In this document: positions 1 to 8,885 of the stretch, in pieces
Layout: every line of letters begins with the position of its first letter
How positions within the stretch are numbered: the stretch's first letter is position 1
Virus record (IMG/VR): IMGVR_UViG_3300042881_004667
Length of the DNA: 20,000 nt
Source of the DNA: an uncultured virus (IMG/VR IMGVR_UViG_3300042881_004667)
Lineage: Duplodnaviria; Heunggongvirae; Uroviricota; Caudoviricetes
Reading direction: 5' to 3' (one strand)
Notes under the pieces: model-generated
Database searches by the model: none
Seen by the model: only the letters and a program-made list of their open reading frames with translations
Told to the model about the DNA's origin: nothing
Translations under genes and position numbers: made by a program

Positions 1-1
1 T

Positions 2-88
2 GAAAGGTTTAACAATCTTGAACAGTTAAAGCAAATTAAACGGGTTGATTGGGACGCGGTTTTAGCAGCAGACTTGATCAGAGTTTGA
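2..88 (+). CDS. 3' end of an upstream gene (partial), possibly helix-hairpin-helix/ComEA-like
   Basis: Open frame ERFNNLEQLKQIKRVDWDAVLAADLIRV* ends in TGA at 86-88 and is followed by a terminator. F..LEQL..IK resembles the end of HhH domains. Confidence 0.5.
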   Translation, partial: ERFNNLEQLKQIKRVDWDAVLAADLIRV

Positions 89-104
89 TACTTATCTCCT
101 ATCT

Positions 105-130
105 AACCCCTGGGAAACCAGGGGTTTTTT
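105..130 (+). terminator. Rho-independent terminator
   Basis: AACCCCTGG-GAAA-CCAGGGGTT perfect stem with a GAAA tetraloop, followed by a T run, directly after a stop codon. Confidence 0.85.
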
Positions 131-135
131 GCTCG

Positions 136-141
136 TAAAAT
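136..141 (+). promoter_or_regulatory. Putative -10 promoter element (TAAAAT)
   Basis: TAAAATAA 15 nt before ATG 157. The same motif recurs before many genes in the window. Confidence 0.5.
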
Positions 142-156
142 AAGAAATAAAACAAC

Positions 157-891
157 ATGGCATATTCCGTTCATCGTTCTGGATATACAGGTCCCAGCGC
201 AAAGATCGGTGGTAGTACGGACTATCACATTGATCTAAAGATGTTGCAATCATTGCCGATTGCAGAGCGCGTTAAAGCGATGGACGCAGTAGCAAATCAA
301 TACAATGCTTTGGGACGTAATGTTGAATTTTCTAATGCTGCAGTATCAGGGCGAAGATGGGATCCAACAGCAAATCTTGCGGACAAAGTTGATTTATTAG
401 AACGTGCATCAGGTGCCCATAGTCATAGCAGACATCCCGGCTGGGACTCATTTGATTTTTATGTACCTTTTAAAGGCAAGAGTAGGTTTGATAAAGGAGC
501 TGTAGAAGACGCATCTATTTATCTCCCTGGTGTAGCAGGAGGTAAAATTCGTCGCGGCAGTGGTGGAGGGTATGGGTATTTTTCTGAGGCCTTGGATCCG
601 CGTGGCAAAGTTCTTTTCCGCGTTGGTCATGGCAATGTTGATCGTCCTGAAGCAGAAACAGAAGTCTTAGTTCCCACTGGTCAAGCTGTTAGTCCAGGCG
701 CTACTGCTGATGCAAATACTGCAGAAACACGACAGGATTTTTTGAAACGTTATATGCAAGATCAAATGCAAACAACAATGATGCAACAATTACTTAATCC
801 CCCGCAACGCACAGATCATCGCGCAACAATGGAACAAATGATGCAAGCAATGGGAGGCCTTGGAGTTCTACAAAATCCAATGAGCTTATAA
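157..891 (+). CDS. Putative virion-associated M23-like peptidase, apparently circularly permuted, with a Q/M-rich C-terminal tail
   Basis: Motifs GYTG...GST.YHID (aa 9-26), HPGWDSFDF, GGYGY and FRVGHG resemble M23 elements but occur in a permuted order. Confidence 0.5.
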   Translation: MAYSVHRSGYTGPSAKIGGSTDYHIDLKMLQSLPIAERVKAMDAVANQYNALGRNVEFSNAAVSGRRWDPTANLADKVDLLERASGAHSHSRHPGWDSFDFYVPFKGKSRFDKGAVEDASIYLPGVAGGKIRRGSGGGYGYFSEALDPRGKVLFRVGHGNVDRPEAETEVLVPTGQAVSPGATADANTAETRQDFLKRYMQDQMQTTMMQQLLNPPQRTDHRATMEQMMQAMGGLGVLQNPMSL

Positions 892-914
892 TGAAAAACA
901 TACGGAACTAAGCT

Positions 915-1376
915 GTGCATCTCAGCGACTTCGATAAAAGTAGAGTCCGATACCACCTCGGCTACTTCACGGTCACCGTACCAGCGGGCGATTACGCACG
1001 TCTGGAAGAAGCTATGAACACAATCCCGGATTCATACTTCTACGACAAAGTTATTATTCAACTTGGTCGTTGCGATACTGCCGAGAAGAAAACCGAAGTT
1101 GCTACTTCGCCTTCTACTCGTATTGAAAACATCGTTGGTGACGTGGATCGTACGATTCGCTCCAGCAATGCCAGAGAATCTTTGAAGGTTTGGGACGAGA
1201 TTTATCTCTACGAAACCAATCGACTTGCACAGATTCTTTACGTTCCAAACTACAAAGATCCGTTCCAGGCTCGTTATCGTTACGAACGTTCTGGTGCTGA
1301 ATTCATCCAGGCATTACCTGGGCCTGCCGACACTGCTGTTGGTTCACGCATTTATTTACATGAGGTTTGGAGGTAA
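915..1376 (+). CDS. Phage protein, possible head-tail adaptor
   Basis: 153 aa ORF with GTG start. The N-terminal LSDFDKSRVRYHLGY resembles phage connector-type proteins, and it lies in a structural gene block. Function is tentative. Confidence 0.45.
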   Translation: MHLSDFDKSRVRYHLGYFTVTVPAGDYARLEEAMNTIPDSYFYDKVIIQLGRCDTAEKKTEVATSPSTRIENIVGDVDRTIRSSNARESLKVWDEIYLYETNRLAQILYVPNYKDPFQARYRYERSGAEFIQALPGPADTAVGSRIYLHEVWR

Positions 1377-1378
1377 TT

Positions 1379-2248
1379 ATGCAGGAATTTTTTACCAAAG
1401 CAGGTGGCTTACTTAACCGTATTACAGGTGGCCCACAGCAATTAGGACTAGGTGCTCTTTTGTATGGTTCGTCACAAATACAAGAGCCTTTAAAAAGAAC
1501 GTTTGGTTTACCAACTACAGGCGATTATTTGCGTCAATGGGAGTCGCAAAAAACTGCCCCTGCTAAACAAACTAATGCTGGCCAACAACAGCGGCCTATT
1601 GGTACACAAGCAGTATTAAACGGTAAACCTGTCTATTGGGGTGGCGATGATTACGGTTGGCAATTATTGAATAGAACTGGAAGTAGCGCCACTTTAAACT
1701 CTCTTAACGCCCCTGGAACGCAAGGTCGTTTTATTCAAGACACTGCACCACGTTCTCCAGGAGCAGCACAAGGTGGAGGGGGTGGCTTTTCCGGTGCAGG
1801 TTCTTTCGCACCTATTGATCCGTACGCTGCACAAAACCGTGAGTACGAACGGGAGCGTGCCAGGGTTGAGGCGATGGTGAAAGCTAACCCTGACATGCAA
1901 AAGCAAGCGATTGCTGATGAGCGTGCTAAGGTACGTGACCAAGGCATGGCAATTTGGGCTGCAGCAAATCCTGATCTTGCGAAACAAGTAAAACCAGGCG
2001 CTGTTGGTTATGATGTAATCCAACAAGGTTTACTGAGTAAGGATGCAGGTCAAGCAGCTAGGCAAGCTTTTGGTTATCAAACACCACAACAAATTACATT
2101 CACACCTCCACCAGGTGTGAACACTCCACAAGGGTTTCCTGCGGTACAGTCCATTACTCCAACGGAAACGTACGGCGCACAAGGATTACAAACCGACCCA
2201 GAAATGCTTAAGAAGTTTCAAGCCCTTCTTAACTCAAGAACCAAATAA
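1379..2248 (+). CDS. Hypothetical protein, possible internal virion protein
   Basis: Long Q/G/A/P-rich ORF. ATG 1379 follows a GAGG Shine-Dalgarno and the upstream stop (the ORF track start is 1367). Confidence 0.6.
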   Translation: MQEFFTKAGGLLNRITGGPQQLGLGALLYGSSQIQEPLKRTFGLPTTGDYLRQWESQKTAPAKQTNAGQQQRPIGTQAVLNGKPVYWGGDDYGWQLLNRTGSSATLNSLNAPGTQGRFIQDTAPRSPGAAQGGGGGFSGAGSFAPIDPYAAQNREYERERARVEAMVKANPDMQKQAIADERAKVRDQGMAIWAAANPDLAKQVKPGAVGYDVIQQGLLSKDAGQAARQAFGYQTPQQITFTPPPGVNTPQGFPAVQSITPTETYGAQGLQTDPEMLKKFQALLNSRTK

Positions 2249-2334
2249 ATATTTGGCATTGCTCAGCATGTAAGCCCAACCTACTGGACACAGATCTTTG
2301 ATCTACGGGGGCCAGTGTTGTTGCTTTTAAACCA

Positions 2335-2451
2335 ATGATTCTCTGTCCTAATTTTGTTAAGCGTTTAGCCACGAAGATCAGTCTTGTTGCCGCTGTACAG
2401 ACTGTTTTTATTCCTGGACTCAAAGCAGATTCAAATTGGGTAGGAGAATAA
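2335..2451 (+). CDS. Small 38-aa peptide, signal-peptide-like, absent from the ORF track
   Basis: MILCPNFVKRLATKISLVAAVQTVFIPGLKADSNWVGE* fills the gap on the coding strand and stops 13 nt before the next ATG. Confidence 0.45.
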   Translation: MILCPNFVKRLATKISLVAAVQTVFIPGLKADSNWVGE

Positions 2452-2464
2452 GGACCTAATTGCC

Positions 2465-3142
2465 ATGGCCACACCACGAGTTGGAATCCTTCCTACAAAC
2501 GAAAGGCAAGCAATCTTTGAGGGAGCTAAGCGCCTTGGCTTAGATCCCTATGAATTTGGCGCATTTTTATCCCTGGAATCAGGGATGAATATGGATCCTA
2601 ACATTGTAGGGGGCGCAGGAGGACGGCACAAAGGTTTAATTCAGTTTGGACAGAACGAACAAAAACTATACGGAATTACTGGTCCTCAAACAAGGGCTGG
2701 TCAAATGCCTGCTGTTTTGAAGTATTTTGAAGACAGAGGTTTTAAACCAGGCATGGGCATTGATCGTGCATATGCCACGGTCCTTGGTGGTAATCCAAAT
2801 GTTTCTCTGGAAGCAAAGGATTCTTTTGGCACATCTGTCCGTGGAGTACTTCCACGTTTTAGAAAAGGAGGAGATCTATACGCTAACGCACAACGTGTAT
2901 TAGGAGATCCTCTTGACGTTGGCGGACAACCTTCTGTCGCAGCGCCAGCACCACAAGTAGCGGGCTCTGCACCTGTGTATGGACCTACGCTTGAAGAAGC
3001 AATGGGTATCAAGTTGATGCAACAAGCTATGCAAAGTGCACCACAACCTAAAAATGCAGGTCAACGATTTGCAGAATTTTTAGGTGGTATGAGCAAGAAT
3101 CTAGGTGTTATAACTAATCCATTATCTACACCTGGTTATTAA
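2465..3142 (+). CDS. Lytic transglycosylase (SLT/lysozyme-like fold), probably virion-associated
   Basis: Catalytic-type LSLESG, followed by N.DPN...G and GLIQF motifs, then a P/A linker and a Q/M-rich tail. Confidence 0.75.
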   Translation: MATPRVGILPTNERQAIFEGAKRLGLDPYEFGAFLSLESGMNMDPNIVGGAGGRHKGLIQFGQNEQKLYGITGPQTRAGQMPAVLKYFEDRGFKPGMGIDRAYATVLGGNPNVSLEAKDSFGTSVRGVLPRFRKGGDLYANAQRVLGDPLDVGGQPSVAAPAPQVAGSAPVYGPTLEEAMGIKLMQQAMQSAPQPKNAGQRFAEFLGGMSKNLGVITNPLSTPGY

Positions 3143-3180
3143 AACTCAGGTATAATGGTGGATATTAGTGTTGTAGACCC

Positions 3181-3969
3181 TTGGCTTCGACAAATACAAA
3201 TAAGCAGCCCCTGTTAGTTGACAGGCCTCTTTTTGATTCGGTACGAGTCACGACTCAAACCGTTGGTAGCGCATCCGCTAACACACTCTTTGTGCAAGGC
3301 GGCCAAGCTCCTTCGATCCTTGTCGATATGGATGCTGCACTTCAAGAAGACAATAATAGTGGTGGCGTTGTCGACTCCATCACTATTGTTCGTAATGATT
3401 ACTATCGCAACCCTGATTACACTCTTGATTCCACAACTACTGGCACACGCATTCGATTGGTAAGTGGCCAGACTGTTTTTATTACAGCTACTGGACTTAA
3501 CACTCCAGCAGCAGAGAGTGGTCTTGGGTACTACACCTATACAGGTGCGACGGCAATTACCGGTACAATGGGAACCATTCGGTACTCCGGTGTTGCGACT
3601 CCTGATGCAAGTGGCTTTTCTTACGGCGGTACCGTTGGTCCGTACCAGCCAGAAGTGACGTTTGTTGTCTACCAGACCCGTGGTACCACGCAGCCTATTC
3701 CTGCGAGTGGCGACTACAAAGTTGTGTTTGCTAAACGTGTTCCTGCCAATACGCAGCAAGTTGATTGTTCTGATGTGATGCCACAACTTGCGGCACCCAA
3801 CCCAGCCGCTGGTAACGCCTCAGGGCTCTCTGCTGGTGCTCCGTTACGCAACCGTGGCATCTACCTGGAACGTGGCGACCGTCTGTACGTAGGCGTGTTT
3901 CCTGATGGTCCTAACGCATCTGGATACATCCCAGGTGCACACGTCTACGCTGAAGGCGGTTTCTTCTAA
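3181..3969 (+). CDS. Putative virion structural protein
   Basis: 262 aa, TTG start, beta-rich T/G/V composition, TATAAT at 3151-3156 upstream. Confidence 0.6.
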   Translation: MASTNTNKQPLLVDRPLFDSVRVTTQTVGSASANTLFVQGGQAPSILVDMDAALQEDNNSGGVVDSITIVRNDYYRNPDYTLDSTTTGTRIRLVSGQTVFITATGLNTPAAESGLGYYTYTGATAITGTMGTIRYSGVATPDASGFSYGGTVGPYQPEVTFVVYQTRGTTQPIPASGDYKVVFAKRVPANTQQVDCSDVMPQLAAPNPAAGNASGLSAGAPLRNRGIYLERGDRLYVGVFPDGPNASGYIPGAHVYAEGGFF

Positions 3970-3971
3970 TC

Positions 3972-5516
3972 ATGTCAAAAAGAGGCAACTCTTTCGGCGG
4001 ACAAAGAACAAATTCTTTTGGTGACTTTGGTAAGGTAAAAGACCAGATCAATCCCAAGGAAGTAAAACCAATTCAAGGAGAGTTTTCCAAAGGATCAGTC
4101 CCTGGTTCGATCTGGACGATCGATAGGGAGTCGGCATGGGCACGTTGGCGCAGGGGTTACGAAATATATTCAAACGGACAATATTTCACATACGAGTTTG
4201 AATACAATATTCCGGACGTTGTATTTGCTCCCAGTCCTCCCATTGTTATCCAGGGGGCGTTTATTGGCTTCCCAACAAAGAGTCGAGAGCTTGGCATGCA
4301 TTGGTGTCTATGGCGCTATGCAGGAGCTATTAGAACTGACTTATATACCGACCCCGTGAGTACCAGTAACCTATCTGTTGAATCAGTAACAGAAGATAGA
4401 AACTATTGGTACGTAAAACTGACAGGCACCTGGAGCACATCGAACCCATTGCCACCACCGTTCTTTTTCCCTGGTGGGCAGAAGCCTTTGATCTCGGAAG
4501 TGTTCGAGGATCGCATTGTTGCTTCCGGTGGTGAGTTAATTGAAGTTGATACAATCAATCCCAGTACGCAAACACGGTACGGCTACGTATCCGCAGTGTT
4601 ACTAGACATCAACGAAAACACCGGTATTCTTAAGTTTCGAAAGTCGGGTTCCGTACAAGCAACACCAGATGAAAACTTTGTAACTCCTTCACCTATTGGA
4701 TTTACTCCAGGACGCTATTTAAACTCTGGTGCACGATACAGTTGCACATGCCAAGACTTTACACGGCGGGACTACTTCTATGTATCCTCGGAGAATCCAA
4801 GGAAGTTATTTCCACGCACTAATATTGCCACGGTTAAACCAGGTCGTTTTGAACTTACCAAACGTGACGGTATCTTAAGAACTCCTGCGCAAATAGACCC
4901 CTCCATCAATCTCACATTAGAAATTACGGCTCCTCCTTCGTTTGATTTGACAAATCAAGTCACAACAGAACGTGTCATTAGTCGTGATGCAACGCGAGAC
5001 AGCCCAGGACTTTACGCAGACTTTGGTGGCACTTATACACGTAGCACTGATAACCTTGGTACTCAAGGCTCTTTTGCAGAAGGCATGCCAACCTTTGCTG
5101 ACTATACTTCTGTCACGGAGACACTTGATAGCAGTTCTATTCCACAGATTACGCTGACAACTCTTGAGGACAGATGGACACCTGTTTTAGACGAGCTGCG
5201 TTATTGTAAGCACATCTATTCTCTTAAATTTGCAGATCGAGTATTTCCTCCTGAGCCATCTGATTTTCCAACAGACATAGAGAGCATGGCTGAATGGGAA
5301 AGACAACTAGTAGCAAAGACAGATAGTGAAATAGACGCCATTAAAAAAGATAGACTTACCAAGGAGTCACTCTCAAAGATGGATGTACCTCCTTACAACT
5401 GCCAATCATTATCTGTGTATCCGATGTTGCAACGCTTGTTTAACTTTGCAACAGATCGGATTGAGGTACAAAATTTTACAATGATTGATCAGTATGGCAA
5501 TCGCTCGCAACCATGA
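3972..5516 (+). CDS. Hypothetical protein with a split SWIM-type zinc finger
   Basis: YSCTCQDF (C258, C260) and YCKHIY (C412, H414) match the two halves of SWIM CxC...CxH. Confidence 0.6.
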   Translation: MSKRGNSFGGQRTNSFGDFGKVKDQINPKEVKPIQGEFSKGSVPGSIWTIDRESAWARWRRGYEIYSNGQYFTYEFEYNIPDVVFAPSPPIVIQGAFIGFPTKSRELGMHWCLWRYAGAIRTDLYTDPVSTSNLSVESVTEDRNYWYVKLTGTWSTSNPLPPPFFFPGGQKPLISEVFEDRIVASGGELIEVDTINPSTQTRYGYVSAVLLDINENTGILKFRKSGSVQATPDENFVTPSPIGFTPGRYLNSGARYSCTCQDFTRRDYFYVSSENPRKLFPRTNIATVKPGRFELTKRDGILRTPAQIDPSINLTLEITAPPSFDLTNQVTTERVISRDATRDSPGLYADFGGTYTRSTDNLGTQGSFAEGMPTFADYTSVTETLDSSSIPQITLTTLEDRWTPVLDELRYCKHIYSLKFADRVFPPEPSDFPTDIESMAEWERQLVAKTDSEIDAIKKDRLTKESLSKMDVPPYNCQSLSVYPMLQRLFNFATDRIEVQNFTMIDQYGNRSQP

Positions 5517-5551
5517 GGTGAGCTTAGAATAAGTTAACGGCCATTGACAGC

Positions 5552-5890
5552 ATGTTTTGCAACGAGCACGAGCCCCTCGCCCTGCTAGTTGAATTAACAC
5601 CAAAGCTTGCCAAAAAACGTTTTAGACAAAGCATATATGAAGCCTGGGATTACAAATGCGGATATTGTGGTGACTCGGCGTCAAGCCTTGATCATATTAT
5701 TCCAAGGTTTAAGTCGGGTTCTTCTAATCGACATAATTTGATTCCTTGTTGCAGGCGTTGTAACGCAAATAAAGGATCAGAGGATATGAAAAAGTGGTAC
5801 GAAAAACAATCTTTTTTCTCTTCCTCGTCTCTTGCTAGGATTGAAGCCTGGATCCTGCAACAATCTGTTTTTATTTTTGGTGAATGCTAA
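5552..5890 (+). CDS. HNH endonuclease (McrA-like, Zn-binding)
   Basis: CGYCG, LDHIIP..SG...RHNLIPCCRRCNANKG. Confidence 0.9.
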   Translation: MFCNEHEPLALLVELTPKLAKKRFRQSIYEAWDYKCGYCGDSASSLDHIIPRFKSGSSNRHNLIPCCRRCNANKGSEDMKKWYEKQSFFSSSSLARIEAWILQQSVFIFGEC

Positions 5891-8883
5891 TGGGCGTTTT
5901 TGAAGATTACGTATTCACTTATGGTGATTTAGAGAAAGCATACAATAATAGTGGAGCCTTAAATTACGAAGCGTACGTAGACAGCTATTCTGATTTAGCT
6001 AGTGCTTACGTAAATTCAGGTACGCCGGATTGGACAGCATATGTTGACAACAATAATGATCTTAAGGCAGCTTATGCAAGCTCTGGAACACCTGATTGGG
6101 TTGGATATGTTAATGCATACCCTGATTTAGTTAACGCTAAACCGAGAAATTTAACAACAGCGCAGTGGGGAGCAAAACACTGGGCAGAAAATGGTCAACG
6201 AGAAGGACGGAATCTACCAAGAACATACGCACAGACAAAAGAACAGTGGGGCGCTTCACACTGGACAAGTAATGGCCAAAGAGAAGGGAGGAGTTTACCT
6301 AGGACATACGCACAAACAAAAGAAGAATGGGGTAGACAGCACGCAAATACTTACAAAGACAGGGTTGTACCAAGGGATGAACCCTCCCAAACACCTGAAG
6401 AGTGGGGTTATACTCACTGGGATACATACGGAAAAAACGAGGAGCGCCTTCTCCCTGGAGGAGAGCAGTTTTTAGTACAGCCGAATGGAACTATTGTTGT
6501 CAACACAGATACGATAGGCGCAAAAGCACATAGTAAATTTCAAAACTTTGCTAATCAGTACAACAACAGTGATGGTACTAACTTTAAGCAAATCGCTAAT
6601 TCGTTAAATAACCTGGGATCTAAAGAAGCAGAGATTTTAAGCAATACAGGAGTAGTACAAAATCTCGTCAATACGTATTACGGGAAGGTTTCCAAATGGG
6701 ATCCTACAAGCAATAAAGCGTATCAACCACCAATGGGCGCTTTTGACCCTACTTACTACATGACAACTGGCCAAGGACAAGAAGCGTTTAACAAATGGAA
6801 TGAAGCTATCAGTGGAACTATTAATATCGGTGGGCAATTATACGAAGATGTTTCATTGGTTGGGAAATACGATCAGGATTCTTTCTTGCAATATAACTAC
6901 GCAGTTGTAAACGGCAAAACTGAAAGGGGTAACGCCGTTACCAAAGCAGAGCAGGCTGAGGATTTTGAAGAAGTCCCAATGACCGATGCACAATACCAAA
7001 TGTATCGTGACCAAGTAATGGGACTTGGTTCTTACAACAATTTAAAGGAGTGGGAAGCCGCACAAAACCCTGAGTTTTTAAAACAATGGATTTCTTCTTT
7101 GTCTCCAGAAGATGCGGCAGATAGGGCAAGTGGTTACTTAACAATTCCAACTATTACTCAAATACCAGAAAGACTTCGCGCAGAAGCAAAGATGTCTCGT
7201 GGAAGCACAATACTTGAAGGTAAATTGTCCAGTGTTCTTGGCCCTAAAGAGCAAGAAGCTGCCGATAAGTTTAGATCATTGACTGTAGATACATTTAATG
7301 AGACATTAAAGGAATACAAAAAACAACGCGCCAGAGAACAGCAATACGATTTTTATAGCGGGTTACCCGGTTTTGATGAGATTTTTAAAGTGAACCAAGA
7401 ACTATCTAACTCTCTTTTAGGAGATACAGGTGTAGGAGGTTTACTTTCCCTGGGAGGACAAGATCAAGAAAAAGCAGAAGATCGTTTAGAAAAACAATTC
7501 TCTGCAATTACAGGTATTCCTTCTCGATCAAACTCAGTATATAGCTGGCAGAAATGGTTTGATGAAACATTGACAAAACGATACGAAGAAGGTGCTACTT
7601 TTTCGGATTGGCAAGATGCTTCCAAACAGTATGTAGTGGATAAAGAGTTTGCGGACGATTACATCAAACGTTATTTAAACCCACGCTTTAACACGTCTCG
7701 TTCTATGTCAGAGTTCATGAGTTACATGGATGTAAAACAAGGAGAAGAAAACATTTTTCAAACACAAAGCGCATTAAATTCTTTGAAAAGCATGGCAGAC
7801 TTACGTGCACAACGTTGGTTGGATACTGTCAAGTCTTCAGGGACTTCAGGATTTGATTCAGAGTTCTACTTTAATCCTTCTGGAGGTGACGTGAGCATTG
7901 AGAAGCACAGCTTGCAGGCATCAAAAGTAAACGAAGATTGGGAAGCAGCAAAAAGAAATGGCGAGCAGGTTGTACCAGGTACAAATCCACCTTCTACATG
8001 GAATCAATTAGCTTATTTGTACGGCTATAACGTAAATGATAAAGCGCAGTTTGCAAAATTACACTACCAAGTGTATGGAATCCATCAAGGATTTGACCCT
8101 GCACGTGACAAACTATCGTTAAGTGAAGCGCAGTCATTTATTGATAACAGTATCCTTCCAGCCATTGCCAATGAAAAAGTAAATCTAGGAAATGTTTCTT
8201 TCTTAAATTTTGTGACGCCTCGTGAGTACGCAGACAAGATGTTAGAAGGTATTGATCCTGCTAAAAATAAAGCTGAGTGGGAGAAAGTACTTGAGTCTAT
8301 GGGCCTTTCTGGTAAAGATATGGGAATTGAAGAAGTAAAAACATATATTGAAGAAGCTTTTCAAACAGGAGAAGCAACCAAGATTCGCGAGGCAATCAAA
8401 TACTTGAACGAAAAGAAAGAAAAGGTAACACAAGAGAAACTTGGCGTAGACTATATTGAACGGCCAGAAGACACGGCACCTCGCAAAGATCCCACTGAAA
8501 CACAGTTATATAACGTGTTTAAAAGCGCAGGATTCGCAGGAACTGAAGATGACTTTTACAAAGAGTTTATGCCAGACGTAAATCGAGAAGACATGGAACT
8601 TTTAACGCAAGCAGGAAAAGGTTTCAAAGAAGGCAGTGTGTTTAGCAAATTAAGCAGTAGTGACCCATTTGAGTCTCTTGGATCTATTGAAAGTTTGTTT
8701 GCAGATGAAAAAACGACTGAGGAGACCAAGAAAAAAACAAGTACTCCTATAGAGAAAAGATCTTACTTCAATCTGTATAGTGATGACGATGAAGAAGATA
8801 CTGTAACCGCAAAATCAAAGTCAGGCCAAGGCTTCCTTGGCAGTTTTACCAGTGCCTTTAAAGGCCTGACACCTAAGTACTAA
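5890..8883 (+). CDS. Large (about 997 aa) putative virion protein with N-terminal nested repeats
   Basis: Long ORF. ATG 5890 overlaps the HNH stop (TAATG); the alternative start is 5884. Contains YV..Y.DL..AY and WG..HW...G..EGR repeats. Confidence 0.7.
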   Translation: MGVFEDYVFTYGDLEKAYNNSGALNYEAYVDSYSDLASAYVNSGTPDWTAYVDNNNDLKAAYASSGTPDWVGYVNAYPDLVNAKPRNLTTAQWGAKHWAENGQREGRNLPRTYAQTKEQWGASHWTSNGQREGRSLPRTYAQTKEEWGRQHANTYKDRVVPRDEPSQTPEEWGYTHWDTYGKNEERLLPGGEQFLVQPNGTIVVNTDTIGAKAHSKFQNFANQYNNSDGTNFKQIANSLNNLGSKEAEILSNTGVVQNLVNTYYGKVSKWDPTSNKAYQPPMGAFDPTYYMTTGQGQEAFNKWNEAISGTINIGGQLYEDVSLVGKYDQDSFLQYNYAVVNGKTERGNAVTKAEQAEDFEEVPMTDAQYQMYRDQVMGLGSYNNLKEWEAAQNPEFLKQWISSLSPEDAADRASGYLTIPTITQIPERLRAEAKMSRGSTILEGKLSSVLGPKEQEAADKFRSLTVDTFNETLKEYKKQRAREQQYDFYSGLPGFDEIFKVNQELSNSLLGDTGVGGLLSLGGQDQEKAEDRLEKQFSAITGIPSRSNSVYSWQKWFDETLTKRYEEGATFSDWQDASKQYVVDKEFADDYIKRYLNPRFNTSRSMSEFMSYMDVKQGEENIFQTQSALNSLKSMADLRAQRWLDTVKSSGTSGFDSEFYFNPSGGDVSIEKHSLQASKVNEDWEAAKRNGEQVVPGTNPPSTWNQLAYLYGYNVNDKAQFAKLHYQVYGIHQGFDPARDKLSLSEAQSFIDNSILPAIANEKVNLGNVSFLNFVTPREYADKMLEGIDPAKNKAEWEKVLESMGLSGKDMGIEEVKTYIEEAFQTGEATKIREAIKYLNEKKEKVTQEKLGVDYIERPEDTAPRKDPTETQLYNVFKSAGFAGTEDDFYKEFMPDVNREDMELLTQAGKGFKEGSVFSKLSSSDPFESLGSIESLFADEKTTEETKKKTSTPIEKRSYFNLYSDDDEEDTVTAKSKSGQGFLGSFTSAFKGLTPKY
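5899..6459 (+). repeat. Intragenic degenerate tandem repeats: four 66-nt units, then four 75-81-nt units
   Basis: The 22-aa period YV..Y.DL..AY occurs four times. Q/E-WG codons at 6163, 6244, 6325 and 6400 give spacings of 81, 81 and 75 nt. Confidence 0.85.
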
Positions 8884-8885
8884 TC

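Noticed and set aside
2335..2470. Frameshift fusion of the signal-like peptide to the transglycosylase
   Set aside because: The transglycosylase frame has a TAG at 2441-2443, leaving only a few nt of shared open frame and no slippery site.
5899..6459. Possible CRISPR array or DGR template/variable repeat pair
   Set aside because: The repeats are in-frame and differ largely at synonymous positions. There are no unique spacers, no adenine-specific pattern and no reverse transcriptase in the window.
448..8433. Short overlapping alternative-frame and antisense ORFs within long genes (e.g. 448-630, 1694-2026, 3214-3786, 6191-6475)
   Set aside because: They are fully nested in better-supported ORFs and have no recognisable motifs.
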